Positions 1 through 8,966 of a stretch of 64,000 nucleotides of DNA are shown here, one piece after another. The notes beneath the pieces are model-generated. The model had not been told where the DNA came from and made no database searches. It was given only the letters and a program-made list of their open reading frames with translations. Within the stretch, counting starts at the first letter, position 1; each line of letters begins with the position of its first letter. The stretch is from Acidimicrobiaceae bacterium (GTDB lineage: Bacteria > Actinomycetota > Acidimicrobiia > Acidimicrobiales > JACDCH01), in assembly GCA_041166745.1 (NCBI GenBank), contig JBEEGH010000006.1, positions 34,033-98,032 of the forward strand, read 5' to 3'. A program made the position numbers and the translations under genes.

Positions 1-1
1 C

Positions 2-235
2 GGCCAGACCGTCGACGAGTTCTGCGCCGATTCCGCCGACGCCAACGCAGCACCCTCGCCGGAGCCGCAGGCTCCCGACGACGGCACGGCGAGCGACAAC
101 ACCAAGTCCAACGAGAACAAGCCGGCCGACCCAGGCGGGTCCGGGGTTGCCCCGCCCGCCAGCGACCACCCGAACAACGGGAAGCAGCCGGTCGCGCCGA
201 ACGCGCAAGGACTCCAGCCCAAAGCGCGACCGTGA
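2..235 (+). CDS. 3' end of a CDS that starts upstream of the window; low-complexity Pro/Asn/Ala-rich tail, function unknown
   Basis: Frame is open from the window edge to TGA 233-235 (..DEFCADSADANAAPSPEPQAPDDG..KARP*). No recognisable domain. Confidence 0.3.
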   Translation, partial: GQTVDEFCADSADANAAPSPEPQAPDDGTASDNTKSNENKPADPGGSGVAPPASDHPNNGKQPVAPNAQGLQPKARP

Positions 236-298
236 CAGCCGCGCCTTCGAGCAACTTCTTGTAACGCCAGACCGGCGGTCAACGCTGAACGAGTTGAC

Positions 299-841
299 AT
301 GCCTCGCTCCCAACGCGCCAAAGGTGACTCCGGCGCGGTTCTCGTCGAGTTCGCCATCACTCTTCCCTTGCTCGTCATGCTGCTCCTCGGCATGTTCACC
401 GGTGGGCTCGCATGGAACCAGAAGCTCGCCACCACGAATGGTGTCCGGGAGGGGTCGCGCTTCGGAGCGACACTCGGGGTGTCTTCGGCTTCGTGCAGTT
501 CGGGCGCAGGAACGCTGGATTGTTGGCTGAAGCAGGTCGCTGATGTCACGCAGTCCGCCAGCGAAGGTGAGTTGGGATCGAGCGTCGCGTCGCGGAACAT
601 TTGCGTCGCATACGTGTACCCGACGGGTGCGACAGCCAATGACCGGACCAAGGCCTTGGTGCGTACCGCCAGCGGAGACAGCATCACGACGGGAGCGACG
701 TGTTTCTCTGACGGGCGGCCCGACACCGAGCGGCGGGTGCAGGTGACCGGCAGCCGCCAAGCGACCATCGAGTTCATGCTCTTCACGTTGACGCCGACCC
801 TGTCGACCGAATCCGTCACGAGATTCGAAGCGTCGACATGA
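299..841 (+). CDS. TadE-like pseudopilin / Flp pilus assembly protein
   Basis: N-terminal GAVLVEFAITLPLLVMLLLG is the TadE-type membrane anchor motif. Its stop overlaps the next start (ATGA 838-841). Confidence 0.75.
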   Translation: MPRSQRAKGDSGAVLVEFAITLPLLVMLLLGMFTGGLAWNQKLATTNGVREGSRFGATLGVSSASCSSGAGTLDCWLKQVADVTQSASEGELGSSVASRNICVAYVYPTGATANDRTKALVRTASGDSITTGATCFSDGRPDTERRVQVTGSRQATIEFMLFTLTPTLSTESVTRFEAST

Positions 842-2547
842 ACCGCGCCACTCGCGACGCAGGTGTTGTTCTGCCGTTCGTCGCGCTGTCCATGATCGCG
901 TTGCTGACCGTCGTGGCCATCGTCATCGATCTGGGCGCGACCCGGAGCTTTCGGCGTGACACCCGTCTGGCGGCCGACGCTGGTGCGACCGCCGGAGCGC
1001 TCGGCGTCAAAGACACGACAGGGACGGGCGTGCCCTGCATCACCGCGATGGCGTACGCCTTTCGCGATGTCGGAGGCACGCAGCCGTCGTCGGCGGCAAT
1101 CGCGTCGGCGTGCGGAAGTATGACCGCGACCTGCTCGGGCACCTCGGCACGTACAGCGACCATGACCGTCGACTCCACCACGATCACCGTGACCAATCCT
1201 GTGCCGGACGGCAGTCCGTTGATGGACGGCACGTCGCTCGGCAGCGGAGTGACCCAAGGTGTCAATGCCACCGTCGACGGTGTGCCGTGCGATCGAGTCG
1301 GTGTCCAGATCACGCGACCGCAGCCGAGCTTCTTCCGCGGCATCATGTCGAGCAGTCCGGGCACCTACACCGTGCACAGCGTCGCTCGTTACTCGCCGAA
1401 CGCCCAGCCCGGCTCGATCCCACCAGCGCTGGTGGCCCTGAATCAGACGGCATGCAAGGCGATCGACGCGGGGAGCAACGGAAACATCGTGCTCGTGTCG
1501 AACAGCGTCGGGCCGGGGATCGCGTACAGCGACTCGAACGGTCCGGGCTGCAGCGGATCGAACGCGATCCTGGCGAGCAGAAGCTCGGCGCGCTTGGTCG
1601 CCGAGTCTTCGGGAGCAGTCGTCGGCGAGCTCGGTTGGTTCTCCGCACCCGATGCGAACGGTTACAACAGTGCCTCGACCACGAACCAGGTGGCACCGGC
1701 CACCTTCGGGTCGACGAGCCAGAACTACGTCGGTCGGCTTTTCGCCCGCGACCAACGCGTGACTCGCGCCAAGGTCGACGACAGGTATCACTGCAAGAAC
1801 GTTCCGGTCACGGTGCAGACGTTGTGCACCACTACGGACCCGATCCTGGCCCTGCAGGCGTTGGCCGCCGGCTCGACCGCCTCCGCGCCTTCGGGCTACG
1901 CCACCTATTCGGGCGCCTGCGACACCACTGCCGCCGCAATCGTGTTCCCGACGGGCAACCTGTGGGTGAACTGCCCGACGTTCACCGTGAAGGGCAACTC
2001 GTTGCGGATTCCGGGCGGTAGCACCGTCATCTTCAACGGAGCCCTCTCCGTCGAATCCAATGGGACACTTCTGGTGAACACGACGGGCAGCACTGACGGA
2101 AGTGGCTACCCCGTACCGACAGACGGCTCCAAGCAATCGACGGTGCTCGTGAACTCGACGAGCTCCTCCGCCGTGAGCATCTCGTCGAACGCGTCGAGCC
2201 TTCTCATGGCGCAGACGATGCTCTACAACGGGGGCGGGTTCACGCTGTCGTCGAGCCAATCGATTCACTGGACCCCGCCGACAACGGGCGATCTCAAGGG
2301 GCTGCTCTACTGGAGTGAGTCGACGCAGCCGTTCTCCATTCAAGGCGGGCCGCAGATCAAGGCGAAGGGCGTCGTGTTCCACGGCAACGGGCAACTCATC
2401 GGCGGCGGCGGTGGCACCATCGACTTGACCAAGGTGCAGATGTGGGTCGACACCATGGCGACCGGCGGCAGCACGACTGTGCGGCTGGCGGCCGACCCCG
2501 AGAACAGCATCACGCTCACAGGTGCGGGCTCGGCGCTCATTCGCTGA
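838..2547 (+). CDS. TadG-like pilus assembly protein (TadE/G-like N-terminus, long Ser/Thr/Gly-rich extracellular part)
   Basis: N-terminus GVVLPFVALSMIALLTVVAIVIDLGATRSFRRDTRLAADAGATAGA resembles the Tad N-terminal domain. Translationally coupled to the TadE-like gene. Confidence 0.7.
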   Translation: MNRATRDAGVVLPFVALSMIALLTVVAIVIDLGATRSFRRDTRLAADAGATAGALGVKDTTGTGVPCITAMAYAFRDVGGTQPSSAAIASACGSMTATCSGTSARTATMTVDSTTITVTNPVPDGSPLMDGTSLGSGVTQGVNATVDGVPCDRVGVQITRPQPSFFRGIMSSSPGTYTVHSVARYSPNAQPGSIPPALVALNQTACKAIDAGSNGNIVLVSNSVGPGIAYSDSNGPGCSGSNAILASRSSARLVAESSGAVVGELGWFSAPDANGYNSASTTNQVAPATFGSTSQNYVGRLFARDQRVTRAKVDDRYHCKNVPVTVQTLCTTTDPILALQALAAGSTASAPSGYATYSGACDTTAAAIVFPTGNLWVNCPTFTVKGNSLRIPGGSTVIFNGALSVESNGTLLVNTTGSTDGSGYPVPTDGSKQSTVLVNSTSSSAVSISSNASSLLMAQTMLYNGGGFTLSSSQSIHWTPPTTGDLKGLLYWSESTQPFSIQGGPQIKAKGVVFHGNGQLIGGGGGTIDLTKVQMWVDTMATGGSTTVRLAADPENSITLTGAGSALIR

Positions 2548-2617
2548 GCCACGGTCGCGCCTCGCGACCTCGAGCTGCAAGGTTCGCGGGACGCCCAGCG
2601 GGGTAAGGGCTCGGGTC

Positions 2618-3157
2618 ATGACGGCCGTGCGCAAGATCGCCGAGATCGCCGAGGCGGCAGAACAGCGTGTCGACGACATCCGCAGCGAATACGCCCCGGA
2701 GGGCGAGCACCCCATCGGGTCGTACGCGGTGCTGCTCGCGACGTACGGCACCATGACCGCGGCACTGGGTGCGCTGGTGGCGAAGCGGCGCAAGCTGCCG
2801 GCGCGATTCGACGGTCGTGACTACGTCCTGCTCGGCGTGGCGACGCAGAAGTTGAGTCGGTTGGTGGCAAAGGACTCAGTAGGGGCCGCGATACGGGCGC
2901 CGTTCACTCGTTTCGAAGGGGCGACGGGCGAGGCCGAGGTGCAGGAGAAGGTGCGTGGCAGTGGTCTCCGTCACGCCATTGGCGAGCTCGTCACCTGTCC
3001 GTTCTGTCTCTCCGTTTGGATCGCGACGATCTTCTCGTTCGGCTTGGTGCTCGCGCCTCGCGCCACTCGTTTCGCGGCGTCGATCCTCGCGACGGTGACC
3101 CTTAGTGACTCGCTGCAGTTCGCGTACGCCCGGGTACAGCGCGCCGAGCACTCATAG
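2618..3157 (+). CDS. DUF1360 family membrane protein
   Basis: KLSRLVAKDSV...CPFCLSVWIATIFSF matches the DUF1360 CxxC-x2-W signature. ATG at 2618 chosen; the track ORF start at 2522 is probably an over-extension. Confidence 0.65.
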   Translation: MTAVRKIAEIAEAAEQRVDDIRSEYAPEGEHPIGSYAVLLATYGTMTAALGALVAKRRKLPARFDGRDYVLLGVATQKLSRLVAKDSVGAAIRAPFTRFEGATGEAEVQEKVRGSGLRHAIGELVTCPFCLSVWIATIFSFGLVLAPRATRFAASILATVTLSDSLQFAYARVQRAEHS

Positions 3158-3666
3158 ATTCGGCAGCGTCGACAGCAGTTGGTCGACGATGTCGGGCGGC
3201 GGTTCGCTGGCGTCCACCACGACGTTCGCGAGCTCGCCGTAACGGCCGGAGCGAGCCTCGGACTGTTGAAGGAGCTGCGGTGTCGGGTCCGAGGCGAGTG
3301 GGCGATGGCCTGCATGTGCGCCCGGTCGGCAAGTTCCTCGACATCGGCGCGCAACCAGATCACGACGGAGCGATCGTGCAACCGTGCTCGCAACGATGGG
3401 TCGTCCACAACCGACGCCGCCGCGGCGATCACGGCCGGGCGTTGTTCGTCGAGCGCATCCGCGAGCGCTCGCGCCTCCAGCGCGTGGAGGGCGTCTGGTC
3501 CTTCCTCGGCCTGCACTTCGCGCGCCGTGCGGTCTGTCATCGCCGCGAGTTGCATGTCGTTGTCGATGAATTCGCGCCCTGACCGTTGCGCCAGCAGGCG
3601 GCCGACCGTGGTCTTGCCCGAGCCCATGAGCCCGACGAGCACCCAGTGTCGTGACAAGGGTGGCAA
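3152..3666 (-). pseudogene. Shikimate kinase-family gene with an apparent 1-nt frameshift
   Basis: N-terminal part in one frame (VLVGLMGSGKTTVGRLLA Walker A, ...VVIWLRADVEELADR). C-terminal part in another frame (GAHAGHRPLASDPTPQLLQQSEARSGRYGELANVVVDASEPPPDIVDQLLSTLPNL*). The span is 515 nt, not a multiple of 3. The switch lies at the CCCGG run near 3319-3327. Confidence 0.6.
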
Positions 3667-3678
3667 TCAGCGTGCGAG

Positions 3679-4854
3679 CTAGAGACCCGTCCCGTGGGCC
3701 TGGTCGCACAGGCGTTGCTCGCCCGGCTTGATCTGGCCGGCGCCGACCCCTTCGAGCGCGGCGAACGGCCCGCACTCGTTGGTGGTGATCCACACATGGA
3801 TCATCGGGACCGGTTGCAACTTCACGAATGGCGAACGGCAGTTGCCGCTGCCGTCGGTGAGGCCGGTGACGCGTGGCGCGACGGGATCGTCGGTGAAGCA
3901 GAGGTTGTCGTGGATGTGCCACTGCGTGAGCGGCCCGCCGATGTCGGGAACGGTGTCGAGCGTCGAGCCCGGCTTCAGCATGAACATCGCGGCTTCGAGC
4001 ACGCGCTTGCCGGTGCGCGTGCTGTACACGAGCGCCTCGGGATGATCGGGATCGAGCACCTTGTCGTCGTCGATGTACGTCCAGTTGATGAGGTGCTCGT
4101 CGCCCGTTCCACCGTCACCGATCGTGTGGAAACCCGCGGCCTCCGCGACGGCGGGATCAGACCATTGCGGCAGGCGAACCAACGTGACGGCCACGAGGTT
4201 CTCGGCGCGCGCCTGCTGTTCGGGCGTGACTCCCGCAATGCCGCCGAGGTCGATCGGCTGGGTCGGGTCGTACCGCTTCACCGGCACGGCCGCGGCGGTA
4301 TCCGTGAGCGTGGCCTTGCCGTCGACCACCACCACCGACGCGTGGCTGTGACTGTGCACGTGGTTGCCGGCTTCGATCATCCCGGGCAGCGCGATGGCGA
4401 CGAGCAGCCCCGCGGAGAAGTTCGCGAGTCTCGGTCGTGCGAAGACCTGACGAGGTCGCCACGCAAAGGCCCCGGATTCGAGGGCGGCGTACAGCGCGAG
4501 CGCCGCGCAGAGCGCGTCAGCGAACTGGATCGGCTCGGCGACATCGAGACCCTCGATGAACGACAGGCCACTCTTCTTTGCGACGGCCCAGCAAACGACG
4601 AGCGCGCCGTTGAGCGCCAAGCCGACGAACGCCAGCCGCCGCGACGGCCATGCGAGCGCGGCGACGCCCCACGCGACTTGCAGCAGCGCAACGGCGGCGA
4701 AGACCTTCGCCGCTTGTGGGTGTTCCGCGTGCGAGCCGATCGCGGCGGCGTGAATCGCTCCTGCACTGATCGACGCCGCGCCGGCGATCAACAGCGGTCG
4801 TAGGTGATGATCACGAGAAGAGTCCCGCGGTGGTCGTTCGGTGGTCGCGGTCAC
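3679..4854 (-). CDS. Membrane protein of unknown function (N-terminal TM helices, large C-terminal domain)
   Basis: 391-aa ORF with hydrophobic N-terminal third and a His-rich segment (NHVHSHSH). The C-terminal part looks like real coding sequence. No family recognised. Confidence 0.6.
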   Translation of the reverse strand: MTATTERPPRDSSRDHHLRPLLIAGAASISAGAIHAAAIGSHAEHPQAAKVFAAVALLQVAWGVAALAWPSRRLAFVGLALNGALVVCWAVAKKSGLSFIEGLDVAEPIQFADALCAALALYAALESGAFAWRPRQVFARPRLANFSAGLLVAIALPGMIEAGNHVHSHSHASVVVVDGKATLTDTAAAVPVKRYDPTQPIDLGGIAGVTPEQQARAENLVAVTLVRLPQWSDPAVAEAAGFHTIGDGGTGDEHLINWTYIDDDKVLDPDHPEALVYSTRTGKRVLEAAMFMLKPGSTLDTVPDIGGPLTQWHIHDNLCFTDDPVAPRVTGLTDGSGNCRSPFVKLQPVPMIHVWITTNECGPFAALEGVGAGQIKPGEQRLCDQAHGTGL

Positions 4855-4896
4855 GCGGGTCCTTCGTTCTGGGTGCGGCTCAAGGATACGGGGTCA

Positions 4897-5799
4897 TCAG
4901 CAGCGAAGCGTTGGCAGCATCGAGCTCGCCGGGCTGGATGACGGCCGAAACCAGACGAAAGGAACGTCGGCGACGTTGGTCCGCCGGAAGGGAAATGCGA
5001 GTTGGCCGAGATACGTCTCGGGCATCGCACCGTCGACGCCATAGCGCTCGGGCCACTCGCCCTTCGGCATGTGGAGCGTTCCGAACATCCAGTCGACCAA
5101 CGGGAGTTGGCCGGCGAAGTTGTTGTGGTACAGCGCAGGGTCGTCGACGTGATGCCAATGGTGGAACTCGGGTGAGGCGATCAGCCAGCGCAACGGACCG
5201 AGCGAGATCCTGACGTTCGCGTGCACGAACAGTCCCTGGGCCCGCTTGATCGCGTAGTGCGCGGCGATCGTCGGAACGGTGAAGCCCAGCGCGAGCAACG
5301 GCAGTCCGACGGCGAGGCGCGACCCGATGAGATCGACAGGATGTCGACGATTGGGCGCCAGCCAGTCGAGCACCGGCGACGAGTGGTGCACTCGATGGAA
5401 GCGCCATAGACCGGGCCAGTCGTGCTGGGCCCGATGACCCCAGTAGCCCGCGAGCTCGCCGACAACGAGCGCCTCGACCCACCGCACGAGCGACGACTGG
5501 GCCTCCACGAGCGTGCGCATCGGCGCGACCAACCACTCGAGCACCGGCAACGCCACGATCAAGCCGAGGGCGACGCCGATCGCCGCGATGGCTTCGTCGG
5601 CAACGAAGTGCACAGCGTCGGTTCCGAGACCTCCGCGGCGCATCGGCTGCCGGTGCACGGGTCGCATCCGCTCGAGCGGGATGAACACGCAGCCGAGGAT
5701 CACGAGCGCAAGCGCAACATCAGGTTGGTACCGCGCCGACGCCACAAAGATCGCGGCTGCACCCGCAGCCATGAGCACCGATCGGCTTCCCCCGAGCAC
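4897..5799 (-). CDS. Sterol desaturase / fatty acid hydroxylase superfamily membrane protein
   Basis: Histidine boxes HRAQH, HRVHH and HHWHH in a polytopic membrane context. Confidence 0.75.
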   Translation of the reverse strand: MLGGSRSVLMAAGAAAIFVASARYQPDVALALVILGCVFIPLERMRPVHRQPMRRGGLGTDAVHFVADEAIAAIGVALGLIVALPVLEWLVAPMRTLVEAQSSLVRWVEALVVGELAGYWGHRAQHDWPGLWRFHRVHHSSPVLDWLAPNRRHPVDLIGSRLAVGLPLLALGFTVPTIAAHYAIKRAQGLFVHANVRISLGPLRWLIASPEFHHWHHVDDPALYHNNFAGQLPLVDWMFGTLHMPKGEWPERYGVDGAMPETYLGQLAFPFRRTNVADVPFVWFRPSSSPASSMLPTLRC

Positions 5800-5829
5800 G
5801 AGTGTGAGGATCGCGCCGACGGCCGGTGC

Positions 5830-6516
5830 TCAAGATAAAGGCGGCTCGAGATCGAGAGCTTCGCGGAAGGCCTCCGTCCACCCGGCGTAACCGGTGTCGT
5901 TCGGGTGGAAGTGGTCGGCGCTGAACTTGCCCTGCCACGGAGGCCCAGTGTGACTCCAGAGGTCGACGACGACGAGATCGTGCTCGGTCGCCAGCGCGGA
6001 GATGAGCGCGTTGATGTGAAGGGCGCGACGAGACGCGAGACCCTGTGGCAGGTTCGCCACGCGTGATCCGGCCGGAAGGCGGCTGGCCAACTCACGCAGT
6101 TCGCGCTCCAACCGCCGCTGCGGCGTCGGCACCAGGTCGTTGGCGCCCGCGGCACACGAGACCAGATCGGCATCGAGCGCGTCGAGCAGCGGGAGCTGCT
6201 CTCTGATCACGTCGCGCACGCGTGCTCCGCTGCGGGACAGATTCACCACCCGCCAGGCCGGATCGCGCTGCTCCCGCAACGCCCGCAGCACCACGAGCAC
6301 GTAGCCGTGCTCGCGACTCGATGTGCCGATGCCTTGCGCCGTGGAGTCGCCGAGCACGACCCACAGCGGTCCCGCGGCCTGCGAGGCCGCGTCGTTGTCG
6401 GCCGCCCACGCCGCGAGGTAGTCGGCCGTCTGTCGCCGGCGCTCGTCCGCGCCGGGTAGGAACCCGCCCACCCAGCGGCGCAGCCGATCCACGAGACCGC
6501 CGGCGCGCGAGGCCAC
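5830..6516 (-). CDS. SGNH/GDSL family hydrolase
   Basis: Block I VVLGDSTAQG, block III GANDL and block V DHFHPN. Confidence 0.75.
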   Translation of the reverse strand: MASRAGGLVDRLRRWVGGFLPGADERRRQTADYLAAWAADNDAASQAAGPLWVVLGDSTAQGIGTSSREHGYVLVVLRALREQRDPAWRVVNLSRSGARVRDVIREQLPLLDALDADLVSCAAGANDLVPTPQRRLERELRELASRLPAGSRVANLPQGLASRRALHINALISALATEHDLVVVDLWSHTGPPWQGKFSADHFHPNDTGYAGWTEAFREALDLEPPLS

Positions 6517-6525
6517 CGCTACTGA

Positions 6526-6987
6526 CTAGCAGCAGCGAGCGGCGGCTTCGGGTACCGAGGCGCAGCCGAGCTCGTCCTTCGCGTCGGCGAGTTTGTCGGA
6601 CACATGGGCGGTGGACTGGCCGAAGCTGTCGGTGTCCTCGAGGACGGTGTAGATCTCCCACGAACCGTCAGGCCCGTCGACCCACACCTTGTCCTGCTTC
6701 GCGAAGCAGCAGGTGCCGTTCTCCTCGACGGTCGAGACACCTTCGCCGGTGAGGCGGGCTTGGTGCGCCGTGACCTCGTCGGTCGACATGACCTCGACGC
6801 CGAGGTGGTTGAGGCGGCTGTCGGCGCCGGCCTTCTCGAACAGCACGAGCTTCAGCGGCGGATCGGCGATGGCGAAGTTGGCGTAGCCCGGCTTGCGCTT
6901 GTTGGGCTCGGTGGCGAAGAGCTTCGAGTAGAAGCCGACCGCCTCATCGATGTCGGGAACATTGAGGGCGAGCTGGAGCCGTGACAT
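6526..6987 (-). CDS. ArsI/CadI-family glyoxalase-fold metalloenzyme (C-As lyase / cadmium-induced protein type)
   Basis: MSRLQLALNVPDIDEAVGFYSKLF...HLGVEV...GTCCFAKQDKVWV, with the vicinal Cys pair. GGAGGA RBS before ATG 6987. Divergent from an ArsR gene. Confidence 0.75.
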   Translation of the reverse strand: MSRLQLALNVPDIDEAVGFYSKLFATEPNKRKPGYANFAIADPPLKLVLFEKAGADSRLNHLGVEVMSTDEVTAHQARLTGEGVSTVEENGTCCFAKQDKVWVDGPDGSWEIYTVLEDTDSFGQSTAHVSDKLADAKDELGCASVPEAAARCC

Positions 6988-7014
6988 GCGTTGGGTCCTC
7001 CGGTAGATTGACCG

Positions 7015-7050
7015 ATGTCGATACATCGACTCTTGCAAATGTATCGACAT
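7015..7050. promoter_or_regulatory. Perfect 12-bp inverted repeat (ATGTCGATACAT N12 ATGTATCGACAT), candidate ArsR operator in a divergent promoter region
   Basis: Arms at 7015-7026 and 7039-7050 are exact reverse complements. Located between the ArsI/CadI start (6987) and the ArsR start (7083). Confidence 0.6.
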
Positions 7051-7082
7051 CTGTCAATAGGTGTTCCGAGAGGGGAGCAATC

Positions 7083-7424
7083 GTGGCGACGAAGCGGACG
7101 GCACTGATCGAGCTGGATGCGGGTGTCTGCTGCGCGCCGCTGCTGGCCGCGCCCTTGGCCGACGACGAAGCGGCCGAGCTGGCCAAGGTCTTCGCCGCCC
7201 TCGGTGATCCGGTTCGTCTTCGGTTGCTGAGCCTCGTCGCGGCCGGCGGGGAGGTCTGCTCGTGCGATCTCGAGGTGCCGCTCGGGAAGTCGCAGCCGAC
7301 GATCAGCCACCACACGAAGGCGCTGGCCGATGCTGGTCTGCTGGTCGGCGAGAAGCGCGGCCGCTGGATGATGTGGCGTGTCGTACCCGATCGGGTCGAG
7401 GCGCTCCGCGCCGCCCTGGCCTGA
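7083..7424 (+). CDS. ArsR/SmtB family metalloregulator
   Basis: LGDPVRLRLLSLV..CSCDL..LGKSQPTISHHTKALADAGLL, a winged HTH with metal-binding Cys. GTG 7083 is preceded by GAGAGGGGAG. Confidence 0.8.
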   Translation: MATKRTALIELDAGVCCAPLLAAPLADDEAAELAKVFAALGDPVRLRLLSLVAAGGEVCSCDLEVPLGKSQPTISHHTKALADAGLLVGEKRGRWMMWRVVPDRVEALRAALA

Positions 7425-7433
7425 TCATTCGTC

Positions 7434-8138
7434 ATGGCTCGTGACCTCGCCCGCAAGGCGACGGCGGAAGCCGTCGGCACCGCGCTTCTCGTCGCCGTTG
7501 TTGTTGGCTCGGGCATCTCTGCTCAACGCCTTTCGCCGAACGACGTCGGACTCGAATTGCTCGAGAACAGCATCGCCACGGGCGCCGGCCTGATCGCGCT
7601 GATCCTTGCGTTCGGTCCCGTGTCCGGCGCGCACTTCAACCCAGTGGTGAGCGTGGCTGACCGAGTTCTCGGTGGTCTGACCACGAGAGAGCTCGTCGCC
7701 TATGTGCCGGCGCAAGTCTTCGGCGGATGCGTGGGCGCGGTCGTCGCCAACGTGATGTTCGAGCTCGACGCGATCGCATGGTGCACGCACACGCGATCGA
7801 GCGGTGGTTTGTGGCTCGGCGAGGTCGTTGCCACGTTCGGACTGCTCATGGTGATCCTCGGTGTGGTCCGGAGCGGGCGAGCCTCGACCGCGCCCTTCGC
7901 GGTCGGCGGCTACATCGCCGCCGCCTACTGGTTCACGAGCTCGACGTCGTTCGCCAATCCCGCGGTCACCGTTGCCCGGTCGCTGACGGACACGTTCACG
8001 GGGATCCGACCATCATCCGTTCCGATGTTCGTTGTCGCCCAGGTCGGCGGCGGCAGCGCCGCGCTCGCACTCGCGCGTTTCCTGTATCCGAACATTGTCG
8101 CCGACGACATCGTCGTCCCCCACGACGAGGTCGCGTGA
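7434..8138 (+). CDS. MIP/aquaporin family channel (AqpS/GlpF-like, likely arsenite/glycerol channel)
   Basis: Two NPA-type motifs (HFNPVVS and FANPAVTVAR). Six-TM pattern. Downstream of arsR. Confidence 0.85.
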   Translation: MARDLARKATAEAVGTALLVAVVVGSGISAQRLSPNDVGLELLENSIATGAGLIALILAFGPVSGAHFNPVVSVADRVLGGLTTRELVAYVPAQVFGGCVGAVVANVMFELDAIAWCTHTRSSGGLWLGEVVATFGLLMVILGVVRSGRASTAPFAVGGYIAAAYWFTSSTSFANPAVTVARSLTDTFTGIRPSSVPMFVVAQVGGGSAALALARFLYPNIVADDIVVPHDEVA

Positions 8139-8174
8139 TGCCCGGCAAGCGCTACGCGGATGGGAGCCCGACGA

Positions 8175-8870
8175 TCAGGCAAACAGCGCGTCGAGGACGG
8201 GTCGCCCGTCGGGCGGAGCATCAACGCCGAGCCACACACCCCGCGCGTCGACGGTGATGCTGAACGAGAAGAACGCGCAGCACTCGGCCTCCCTCGCCGC
8301 GAGGTCAGCGATCGTTGCCGCCACGTCAGGATCGGTGTCGAAGCGCAGTCGCATGCCGGTCGTCGTCGGCTCGCGCTCGGTGGCGCGACCGAGCAACTCC
8401 GTCCACGCGCTCGAACGATCGGCCATCGCGTCGGATGACAACGTGCACACGATCGGTGTCGAGAGGTCGGCGTCGCAGCCGCATCCGGGTCCGCAGCGGT
8501 CGGTGGGCTCGAGCGAGGCCAGCGACACACGCAGATGCTCGAGTTGCGCGGCGAACCCGTTCAGGTCAGAGAGTTGCTGACGAACATCACTCACCTTGTC
8601 GTCAAGAAGCACACGCAACCGGTTCTGTACGGGTGCGCACGGTCCGTCGGCCCACAGCGCGACGAGCTCGGCGATGTCGTCGAGCGACAGACCCATCTGC
8701 TTCGCCCTGGCGATGAACCCCAAACGCTCCAGCGCGGTGTCGTCGTACACGCGGTAGCCGGCGCTGGTCCGGTCGGGGTCGGGCAGGAGCCCCACGGATT
8801 CGTAGTAGCGCAGGGTGGAAGCTGCGAACCCCGTCCGGCGGGCCAGCTCGGAGATTCGGTAAGAGCTCAT
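8175..8870 (-). CDS. MerR family transcriptional regulator with Cys-rich C-terminal extension
   Basis: YRISELARRTGFAASTLRYYESVGLL HTH; CGPGCGC and ECC motifs in the C-terminal half. Start taken at MSSYRI. Confidence 0.8.
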   Translation of the reverse strand: MSSYRISELARRTGFAASTLRYYESVGLLPDPDRTSAGYRVYDDTALERLGFIARAKQMGLSLDDIAELVALWADGPCAPVQNRLRVLLDDKVSDVRQQLSDLNGFAAQLEHLRVSLASLEPTDRCGPGCGCDADLSTPIVCTLSSDAMADRSSAWTELLGRATEREPTTTGMRLRFDTDPDVAATIADLAAREAECCAFFSFSITVDARGVWLGVDAPPDGRPVLDALFA

Positions 8871-8966
8871 GACCGGACGGTACGCCTTCAAGTCGACTCG
8901 AAGGTCAAGCCCACTGGGGAACGGAACAATTCAACCCAGCAGGCCTGGCCGGCGGTCCATCGTCGC

